Virus record (IMG/VR): IMGVR_UViG_3300022668_000040
Location: 12,089-76,088 of that record
Reading direction: 5' to 3' (one strand)
Length of the DNA stretch: 64,000 nucleotides
Source of the DNA: a virus
Part shown: positions 1-9,400 of the stretch, piece after piece
Position numbering within the stretch: position 1 is the first letter of the stretch
How the letters are laid out: each line of letters opens with the position of its first letter
The notes under the pieces: model-generated
Told to the model about the DNA's origin: nothing
The model's database searches: none
Seen by the model: the letters and a program-made list of their open reading frames with translations, nothing else
Program-made: the position numbers and the translations under genes

Positions 1-1
1 G

Positions 2-361
2 GATTTACAATCAGTATTTAATGCAGGCATTGAAACACTGTTCACTGTGTTAAAATCAGCAGTACATCAGGCCGTATATATTACGATGGATGATAATGGG
101 TTTGATCCTATTGTGGAGACATCCCATGAAAATGTGCGGCTAATTTTTGATAATTACAAACAGGGGGATATGAATCCCCCATCTTTTGTTAAGCTTATTC
201 AGCCCACAGATACACTAGGTATTGTTCCCAGTAAAGATTTACCGGAAGTGGTCAACGCAAATAACATTATGGATGTAGAGGGAAGAAGGTTCACTATTGT
301 GGCGTTTGATACTGATCCACTAAATGTAGCATACATCTTTTTATTGAGAGATATTAAGTAA
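2..361 (+). CDS. Putative head-tail connector/head-closure protein (5' end outside window)
   Basis: Frame is open from position 2 (DLQSVFNAG...) through the tracked 47..361 ORF; size, GRRFTIV..D-type C-terminus and position before the gp10-like gene. Confidence 0.5.
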   Translation, partial: DLQSVFNAGIETLFTVLKSAVHQAVYITMDDNGFDPIVETSHENVRLIFDNYKQGDMNPPSFVKLIQPTDTLGIVPSKDLPEVVNANNIMDVEGRRFTIVAFDTDPLNVAYIFLLRDIK

Positions 362-822
362 TGGCTAAATTGGAGGATATAGTATCCATTTTTTCCCGTG
401 CAGCGGAAACAATAAGACCGGCTATCCGTAATGTTCTATTTGCTGAAAGCAATGATTTGTCCAGAGAATTTCAGGAACGATCTCCAATTGATACTGGGGA
501 GTATGCGGGCAATTGGAAAGTAAAAAGATCCAATTATTTGCCTGGAAATATTATAGCATCTTATACAGTATTTAACGATACAGATGATTATGGAATATTC
601 ATGGAGTTCGGAGCTACCCCTGGAGAAGCACCTTGGTATTTTGAGGGATCTTCTGATTCTGGAAAATTGGGAATTTCTGAGGGCAAAGTTTGGGCAGGTG
701 GATTAGAACCAGGATTTTCCAATACAGTAGGGGGAGCAGTGGGACCAACTCTCTTGGATAACCAACAAAGATTGGATAGAATAGCGAACACCATTGCAGA
801 TGTTATTATAAGGAAGCTTTAG
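361..822 (+). CDS. HK97 gp10-like tail completion protein
   Basis: SPIDTGEYAGNW and YGIFMEFG motifs typical of the HK97 gp10 family; synteny. Confidence 0.75.
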   Translation: MAKLEDIVSIFSRAAETIRPAIRNVLFAESNDLSREFQERSPIDTGEYAGNWKVKRSNYLPGNIIASYTVFNDTDDYGIFMEFGATPGEAPWYFEGSSDSGKLGISEGKVWAGGLEPGFSNTVGGAVGPTLLDNQQRLDRIANTIADVIIRKL

Positions 823-824
823 GT

Positions 825-1262
825 ATGTTACAAAGAAAAGGTGCAGTAACAGCTTTGTACAATAGGGTTAAAGGTAAACGAGTTGAATTAGGATTATCCT
901 CTTTTAAGTATACTCCCACTCCGCCGCTACGAGAGGAGATGTTGCCTGCTGTTTTTCTTTCCGAGGGAACAGATATACCAGTAAAGCCCAATTCCAGAGG
1001 AAAATTGATCTATCCTTGTACGAGAAGATTGGAAATATCTTTGGAGATAGTCGATTTAAACAGGAATGCTGTTTGGGATTTATTCTTAAACACTAGGAAA
1101 ACCGTGTTTACAGGGGAGGGAGAAAATGTAATTGATCCAGTTTTGTTTGAAACTTCATTTATTTCAGAGAATCGCACAGAAGGGCCTTTAGGGTATCAAT
1201 TACCGGGGGCCATTGGTATGAGACTTGTTTTGGATCTCATTTACACTGATAAAGGATTTTAA
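825..1262 (+). CDS. Putative tail terminator
   Basis: 145 aa, immediately upstream of tail tube gene; LPAVFLSEG motif. Confidence 0.55.
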   Translation: MLQRKGAVTALYNRVKGKRVELGLSSFKYTPTPPLREEMLPAVFLSEGTDIPVKPNSRGKLIYPCTRRLEISLEIVDLNRNAVWDLFLNTRKTVFTGEGENVIDPVLFETSFISENRTEGPLGYQLPGAIGMRLVLDLIYTDKGF

Positions 1263-1277
1263 AGAGGAAAATACATC

Positions 1278-2318
1278 ATGGCTACGAATATGTCACCCAG
1301 CCCGGAAAATTACACCCTTGGTAAGGGGGTTCCTTACTTTGATAGACTTAGTCCTACAACAGGGCTGCACACAGGGGAGCTTGATCTTGGCAATGCTCCG
1401 ACATTTTCTTTCTCAATTGCAATTGAGAAATTGGAACACTATAGTTCCAGAGGCGGCCTTTCTGCCAAGGATAAGGAAATTACACGACAGATTACCCCAT
1501 CATTAGCATTCACTTTGGATGAAATTAACGTGCAAAACGTTTCTCTTCTTACATTAGGAGAAATAAACGAAATTTCTGCCGGGAGTGGAACTGAATCTGC
1601 CGAAGCTATTACTGCATTTGTTGGTAAACGTACAGATCTTGCACATAGAGGAATTGGAAAGGTGTATTCTCTCCCCTACGATGATTCTGCCGCAGATAAT
1701 GTGGCTTTCGTGCCGGGAGAAATTGTCTCTGGAGCGACTGGGGCAGGAATTGTCTTGGCTGTAACTGGAGATGCTACATCAGGAACACTCACTATTGCCT
1801 TGATTAGTGCTGGTTTTGTTGATGATGAAACTTTGACTGGTTCAGTCGCAGGCAGCGCTGAGGTAAATTCAACATCAGGGGAAGTAGAACTTTCCACTAC
1901 TCCCGTTATTGCCGTACTTGATCAAGCAGATCCGTCTGGAGCTACAGCATACACTGCTGGAGTTGATTACGTTATTGACACTTCCTTGAAAGATGACAAA
2001 ATAGGAAGAATTAGATTTCCAAACACTACCACAATTCCTGATGGATCAACAGTGTATGTGTTTTATGAGTATGCGTTTGCAGCGTATTCTGAGATTCAAT
2101 TGTTTAAAGATACACAAATTGAGGGTCGCATTCGATTTGTATCTGATAACCCAGCAGGCAATAATCAAGAAGTAGGGTTTTGGAAAGTATCCCTAACTCC
2201 TGCCGGAGATACTGCTCTAATTGGGGATGATTGGTCTACCCTTAGTTTTACTGGGGAAGTGTTGAAAGATGAGGTTAATCATCCAAATAGTCCATATGGA
2301 TATATCATAATGGATTAA
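1278..2318 (+). CDS. Major tail (tube) protein with inserted beta domain
   Basis: YTLGKG..YF, LGNAP, KLEHYSSR, NPAG...W.VSLTP.GD..LIGDDW motifs; GAGGA SD; precedes chaperone and tape measure. Confidence 0.85.
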   Translation: MATNMSPSPENYTLGKGVPYFDRLSPTTGLHTGELDLGNAPTFSFSIAIEKLEHYSSRGGLSAKDKEITRQITPSLAFTLDEINVQNVSLLTLGEINEISAGSGTESAEAITAFVGKRTDLAHRGIGKVYSLPYDDSAADNVAFVPGEIVSGATGAGIVLAVTGDATSGTLTIALISAGFVDDETLTGSVAGSAEVNSTSGEVELSTTPVIAVLDQADPSGATAYTAGVDYVIDTSLKDDKIGRIRFPNTTTIPDGSTVYVFYEYAFAAYSEIQLFKDTQIEGRIRFVSDNPAGNNQEVGFWKVSLTPAGDTALIGDDWSTLSFTGEVLKDEVNHPNSPYGYIIMD

Positions 2319-2326
2319 ATTTTTGA

Positions 2327-2356
2327 GCTTATGTGCGAGTAATCTCGCACATAAGC
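2327..2356 (+). terminator. 13-bp hairpin after tail tube gene (terminator, attenuator or mRNA-stabilising stem)
   Basis: GCTTATGTGCGAG-TAAT-CTCGCACATAAGC perfect stem; no downstream U-tract. Confidence 0.5.
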
Positions 2357-2368
2357 ATGGAGAGAAAT

Positions 2369-2815
2369 ATGAATATGAATGAAAAACAAAGTCTCAACGT
2401 TGATTTTAATGAGCTTCTCCCAGGGGAATCCATGCCAATTGGAAATCAATCAGTTATGATTCGTCCTTTGGGATTTATGAAGTTAGCTGGCATTATAAAG
2501 CAAGTAAAAGGGCTTCTCAAAATTTTTGAAGAGCAAGAAGTTACTTGGGATAATTTTCAATCCCCGGAGAAATTTGTAGCCCTTGCCGAAATTATAATGA
2601 TAAATGCTCCAGAGATACTGTCAGAAGCCTCTAATATTGAGTTAGCAGATTTGGGACAATTGCCTTTGGATATTATTCTTCAGATCCTGGATAAAGTGGT
2701 TGAAGTAAATATGAAAAGTAAGGATGCTTTGGTGGGAAACTTCAAAAGCTTAGTGAAGAGACTGGGCCTTCAGCTGGAGGAGAAGGACAAATCTACAGAG
2801 CCGCTCAAAAATTAA
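2369..2815 (+). CDS. Tail assembly chaperone (lambda gpG analogue)
   Basis: Between tail tube and tape measure; GGAG SD before ATG 2369; in-frame G GGA AAC slippery site at 2734-2740. Confidence 0.8.
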   Translation: MNMNEKQSLNVDFNELLPGESMPIGNQSVMIRPLGFMKLAGIIKQVKGLLKIFEEQEVTWDNFQSPEKFVALAEIIMINAPEILSEASNIELADLGQLPLDIILQILDKVVEVNMKSKDALVGNFKSLVKRLGLQLEEKDKSTEPLKN

Positions 2816-3078
2816 TTGAGCATGGGCATTCTTGGCTAAGCATTCAAGAGTATTCTCTGGCAGAAATAGGGGGGTTTTTGAGCACCATTCTGGAAATGGA
2901 AAAGGAAAAACGTGCTGAAAACCTTCAATATATGTGGATGTCCCACAATCTACAATATAAAGGACTACAAGAAGTGTTGGAAAAAATAAGTAAGGGAAGT
3001 ACAAAGCCAAAAGAACCAACAGTTGACGAAGTTCAAGATAGTTGGAGAAGGTTAAAAGCGCGTATGAGCGGGTTGTGA
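2734..3078 (+). CDS. -1 frameshift extension of the tail chaperone (gpGT analogue)
   Basis: -1 frame is open from GGGAAAC to TGA 3078, giving ...LIEHGHSWLSIQEYSLAEIGGFL... and joining the tracked 2878..3078 ORF. Confidence 0.8.
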   Translation, partial: GKLQKLSEETGPSAGGEGQIYRAAQKLIEHGHSWLSIQEYSLAEIGGFLSTILEMEKEKRAENLQYMWMSHNLQYKGLQEVLEKISKGSTKPKEPTVDEVQDSWRRLKARMSGL

Positions 3079-3201
3079 ATAGGAAAGTGGGAAAGGTTAA
3101 TCTCACAGGGATAAACTCTTGGTAAATACAGCTCATTTGTCAAGAGTTTATTGTATAATGAAGTTCATGAAGAAATTAAAACTATTTTAGAAGGTATAGT
3201 A

Positions 3202-3390
3202 ATGAACGAACAAGTGGAGATAAGAATAAGTGTATCAGAAGTCACGCCCGAACAATTGGAAATAATTTCCAAACAAATGAAAAAGATTATGGTGGAGGTA
3301 AATAAAGAGGAAAGAAATGAAAAAGAGATAGAAATGAAGGAAATTCAAGATGGTTGGAAAAGGTTAAAACATTGGGCAAATGGCAGATAA
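3202..3390 (+). CDS. Small hypothetical protein whose C-terminus resembles the gpGT C-terminus
   Basis: EIQDGWKRLK vs EVQDSWRRLK; GAAGG SD before ATG 3202. Confidence 0.5.
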   Translation: MNEQVEIRISVSEVTPEQLEIISKQMKKIMVEVNKEERNEKEIEMKEIQDGWKRLKHWANGR

Positions 3391-3438
3391 GAAGAAAGTA
3401 AAGAGTGATACATAAGGTTACAATTTTGAGGTAATATA

Positions 3439-6400
3439 ATGGCAGAGAGAAGTGTAAATATAAAACTTAATGTAACTGGAACTTCTCCTGCGCAATTAAA
3501 AGCACTTGCTGAGGGGTTTTCTAGTATCAGTGAGGCTGTTAATGTAGTATCTGATACTATATTTCAATTAAAGAGAAAATTTGGATCTTTAAAAGCTCCT
3601 AAAGCAATTTCTCAGGTTGCAAATGATCTAAAAAAATTATCAAAAATAAATTCTGGTAATTTATCCAAAATTACTGATGACCTATCAAGTTTGCAGAAGG
3701 TGAAAGTAGATCCTTCTTCTATCCAAAATTTGATAAATTCACTTACCTCTCTTAAAGGAATTAAAATTCCTTCTCTGAAAAATTTTGTTTCTAGTTTGGA
3801 AGCAATATCAAAAATAGATATATCCAAAACAAGTACAAACATAGTAAGTTTGTCTACTTCATTAGATTCTTTATCCAATAGAAAATTTCCAAGTGTTACC
3901 ACATTGGTATCTGGTTTGAAAAAACTAATATCATTGGATCTTGCCGGAGTAATCAATAAAATTAAAGATTTAGACAGTGCTATTAGGTTATTGGATAAGG
4001 CAGGGTACTTGAAAAGCTTTGCCTCTTTTGCCAACAATCTAAATAAAATCGCATCTTCTTTAGAAAAAACAAAAAAATCTTTAGATGGATATAAAGTAAG
4101 TGTTGCACAAGCAGCTAAGTCTACTAAAAGCTTTGGTGATAGAATACAGGCATATTTTGAGTATCGAGTAGTTGCAGATGCTATTATGGCTATCAAGTCA
4201 GCAGTGTATGGAACTATTGACGCGGTAAAGTTGTATGATCAATCTTTAAAAGATTTGCAAGCTATTACTGGTGCTACAGCACTTGAAGTAACGCAGATGG
4301 GAGAAAAGATTAAGGAAGTTGCAGGAACTACCAAATTTTCTGCTCAGGAAGTTGCTGATGGTATGAAAACTTTAGGCCAAGCTGGATTTTCAGCTGCTGA
4401 AGCTGTAGAAACCATGCAGGCTGTATCAGATTTAGCAACTGGTACTTTATCCACTATGGGATCAACTGTGGATTTAGTAACCACAGCCATGCGTGTGTTT
4501 AATTTTCAGGCTTCAGAATCTGGCAAAGTGGCCGATGTATTTGCAAATGCTGTCAATAAGTCCAAACTTACCATTGATAAGTTACGAACTTCTTTCAATT
4601 ATGTGGGGCCGATTGCAAAGGATGCAGGTATATCTTTTGAAGAAGTAAGTGCATCTATGATGACTTTGGCTAATACTGGGCTACGTGCAAGTACAATAGG
4701 TACCGGATTACGTAACGTGTTTTCCCTTTTGGTAAAACCATCAGAAAAATTACGGAATGCAGTCAAAGATGCAGGCTTATCAATGGGGGATATTGATCCA
4801 CAGACTAGAAGCTTGAAAGAGGTAATACAAAATCTTGGTCTTGTGGTAAATTCCACTGGAACAGCTTTTGATATATTTGGAAAACGTGGGGCCGGAGCTG
4901 TATTAGCATTATCCAAATCAGGGGGGCAGTATGAAAGTCTATTACAAACAGTTCGGGATTCTGGCACAGCTGCCAGAATGGCAAGCACCCAGATGGAGGG
5001 TTTAGGGGTATCTTTTAAAAATCTAAAGGATAAGTTTGGATTATTGGCTATTTCTATAGGAAATCTAGGAATAGCGGATGCTATGAGAATTATAGTAGAT
5101 GTGGGAAGAAAAGTAATAGATGTAATCACTGCTTTGACCGATACTGCTTTGGTTCAATTTATTGGTAAAATGACATTGACCATTGTAGCTGTAAATGGAT
5201 TGGTTACAGCTTTTACAGCTATTAAATCATTGAATTTATTGGCGACTATTAGTGGGTTCATATCTGGTATCCAATCTGCAACAACTGCATTGATAGCTTC
5301 TGAAGCTTCTGTGTCAAGTTTAGCTTTGACTTTAGGTCCTATTGTCGCAGTATTGGGACTTATTGCTGCTGGAGCAATATACGCATTTTCTTCTTTAGGG
5401 CATGCAAAAGAGGCTTCTGAAGAAGCCGCTAAGTTAGCTGATCGTTATAGAAGCCTAAGTAATTATATTCAAGATTATAAAGTAAAAGCAGCTAATATGA
5501 AAGAGGGTTCCGATGAACTTCTTTCATCCAATAAAGAATTGCGCATCAAACTTCTTGAAGTAGCTTCAGGAATTTCTGATGTATCAAATGAGGCAGAAAG
5601 GGCAGCTGCATCTATTGATCCCTTGACCGGAGAGATTTTAGATGGTGGGGAAGCTCTAAAAAAATATAATGCTGAATTAAAGAAGCTAACACTTCAAAAG
5701 TTAATAGAATCAACAAACGAAGCAGGAAAAAATATCACAGCTGTTTCTGGAAGAATGAACCAGTTTCTAAACTGGTTCAAGGATGCTGCCGCACAAGCCA
5801 GCACTGCTATTTCAGGTTTAGGTGCCAAAGCAGGGGCTGTGATGGATGGCGAATTTGAGAAGGGAAATAAATTATTAGAAAAATCTCAAAAAGATATTGA
5901 AAAATACACTGCTAACATAATAAAAGCAATGAATTTTTCAAAAGCTTTAAGAAAAGGTGAGGTGGATTTCAAAGCATTTGGAGAATTTGTTAATTCTTTG
6001 GATATGTCAAATCTTACTTCTCAACAAAAGGATTTGGTGGAGTCTTTTAATATTCTTAATGATAGTGCTAATAAATTATCTGAAGAGTTGAAGGAACAAG
6101 GAAAGATAGATCTAAATGATACTATAGAAAATATTGAAAAAATAGCAAAAAGTTATGGGATTGTTGGAAATGAGCTTCAAGCAACAGTTGCTAAATTGGC
6201 TGTGATGAAGAAATTACATGAGGAATCCAGCAAAAGTATAATAGAAAAATGGGGGAATGATGCAAAAGACACCACCGAATCTACTGAAGAATTAATTACA
6301 TCCTTTGAGAAAGCTGGAGGAAAAATTTCAGTAGAGCAAAAGGAGCAAATGAAACTGTCGGAAGATGCCAAGAAAAAATTAATAGATGAATTAAATACTG

Positions 6401-9400
6401 CCAAAAAGGTTAGAAATGCGAAGATAAACGCAAAAATGGATGAGCGTGAAGCATATAAAGAGTTTTTTGCAGTTGTGCGTAAGTTAGAGAAAGAAGCTGA
6501 GGAAGTAAAAAAGGGGGACGCATCAAATACAGCGGCACAAACTATAAAAGAATTGCAAATTGCAGAAAAGGCATATACAGATCACGTTAATGAGCTAGAG
6601 GCTAAATATAAGGGAAAAGCAGAATTACTTGAAAAATATCTATCAGAAGCAGAAAGGGATTTTCAAGAAAAGCAAAAATCTCTTTTACAGCAAAGCACAG
6701 ATCCTGCTGTTTTATTGGCAAATACCAAGGTTCAAATAAAAATCATTGAGGAGGAATATTCCAAATTTTATAAAGAAATAGAATTGGCATCTTTAAAAGA
6801 ACATGCAAATAAAAAGGCTCTAAATGAAAAAAGAAGGGATTTAGAGTTGGAATTATCTGAAAAAATTAAAAGTATTTGGGAAAGTGTTGAGGACAGTATT
6901 GAAGAAAAAAATTCAGCCACTGCACGTACAGTGTTAAAGAATAGACTAGATGCAGAAATTAAAAATAGCAAATTAGTGGCAAAAATAGCTCAACAATCCG
7001 CAAAAGAAACAACCGATGCCCAAATTGCAGTGTATGAGGAAGCAAATAATAAAAGAGCAGTTGAGCAAGAATCTACATTATCCAAAATTGCTACTGCGGA
7101 AACTAATGGTGTTTTGACTCATGAAGAAGCAGAAGCTGCTAAATTACAAGTCTCTTTAAAATATTATGAACAAGCCTATATTGCGGCTAAGGATTATTTG
7201 GCACAAGTAAATAAAGGTCAAAATCCTGATGAATATGAAAAAAGACAAGAGAATCTATTAAGTGCAGAGAAGGCATACTATGCAAAGAGAAAGTCTTTTG
7301 CAGAAAAATTTAATTCTGAAATGGCTTCTATAGCTAAATCTTTGGAGAAAAAAGATGCGGCAAGAAAATCCTCTGTTGAATCTAATTTAGAGAAAATTCA
7401 TAGATTAGAGAATAAATTTGCTGAGGATAATAGTAAAATTCATTCTGATTATGTAGATAAGAGGGAAAAGAAAGATAGAAAGTATGCCGAGACTGTAGAG
7501 AAAATTGAACTAGGTTTATCTGACAAGATAGAAGATATCAATGAAAAATTGGTATCAGATCTTGATAAACTCAATAAAAAACGAACGGAAAATGCTGCCA
7601 ATTTACAGGCTGCCCTTTTAGGTATTGAAAATGATACTGAAGATAAAATCAGAAAGATAAATCAAAGGGGCATGTCTGAATCTGAAAAAGATTTGGACAA
7701 TGAAAAAGCTGCAAGAGAAAAGTTAGCTAAAGCAAAAGAATTACAACAAGAAGCTGAAGCTTCTGGAAACCAAGAACTTGCCAAACAAGCAGAGGATATG
7801 ATTGGACAAGTTCAAGATTTAGCTGAAAATTTAAAAGATGCTAAAGATGCCAAAGAATTATTATATGATTCTAAAGATGCCCTAAAAGATAATGCAGCTA
7901 TTCAGAATACTATAGACAACCTTGCTTTAGAGAAGAAGGAGATAGAAGCAATAGCAGAGGTAGAGAAAAAGCGACTGGAAGCTAAAAATGATGCTGAAAA
8001 AGCCCTTACTGCCGCAGACAAAGCACACGAACGTGATTTGGCAGATATAGAAGAGTGGCAAACAAAAAAATTGGCTGCTACCGAATTAGCGTTTAATAAA
8101 GCTATATCTTTGGAAGATGCGAGACATCAAAAGGCAATGACTAACTTAGATAAGGAAATTGCCAAATTAAACGAACGAATGGGCTCAGTAAAAGAATTAT
8201 CTTCTGTTACGGAATCTAGTTCTATTCAATCTAATGCCAAAGAAGATCAAAAGAGAACATCTTCAAGCAATGTTGAAGAAAATTTAAAATCTGTGACAAC
8301 TGTGGCAGATACAGCATTAGAAAAGTTAGGTATTGTTGACGAAAAAGCAAAGCAAGTTGCAAATGATAGTACATCTAAATTTACCTCTTCTATGCAGGAG
8401 ATGACCCAAAATGCTGTGGATGAACTTGAACAATTTATTGTTATCACCACAGCAACTGGGGAAAAGGTAATAACCACCGCTAACACAATGTCTACCGGAT
8501 TCTCTGCTTTTGGAGATGTAGTAAAAACAGAACCTTTGGCTGCCATAGAGAAACTAAAAGAAAATACCATATCTATTAATGGAAAAGAAATTTCCATTCC
8601 TGTAAATTCTTCAGAAATATTGGAAGCATCGGATACCGTAGAAAAAATAAAGAATTCTTCGAGTTCTGAAATGGATATTACGGTAAATACGAATGATGCT
8701 TTAGAAAACATTGATGAAGTACAAAAAGAAGCTACAACAGAAATTTCTATACCCGTACAGGTGGATACAGAGGGGGTTGACACTTCCATAGAAAAGATAA
8801 ATTCTGCAATTACTGATATGGAGAATCCTTCAATAACTGTAGTTGTGGATAGAGAAGAGTTAGATTCACTTATCTCTTCGGTTCAATTATTAAGTGAATT
8901 GGAAACAGTAGTGGTTACATCTTCTGTAGTTGGGGCAGATAATGTTCAAGAATTGCTTACCTGGATACTTACATTAAATGGGGAAACGCCAAAAAATGTA
9001 AAAGTAATCACTGATGTTTCAGGTTTGGATGACACAGTCAAATTAAACCAATTGATAGATTCGTTAATAAATAAAACTGTAAAAGTGATAACTGAGGTAC
9101 TAGGACTTTCTGATGTACTAAAATTAAAAGCATCCATTGATAGCCTAAAAGATAAGACAGTAACTGTTACAACTATCAAAAAAACAGTAGAGAAGAAAGC
9201 TGGGGGAGGAGAAGTTGGATTTTTTGCTGAAGGTGGTTCTGTTTTTCGTAGATTAACAAAAAGGTTTATATCCGCTGGATCTGGGCTTCGGGATGATGTT
9301 CCAGCAATGCTCATGAAAGGCGAATTTGTCCACACTGTGGATGCAGTAAGGAAATATGGACGTAATTTTATGGAAATGGTAAACAACGGATCATTTCCAG

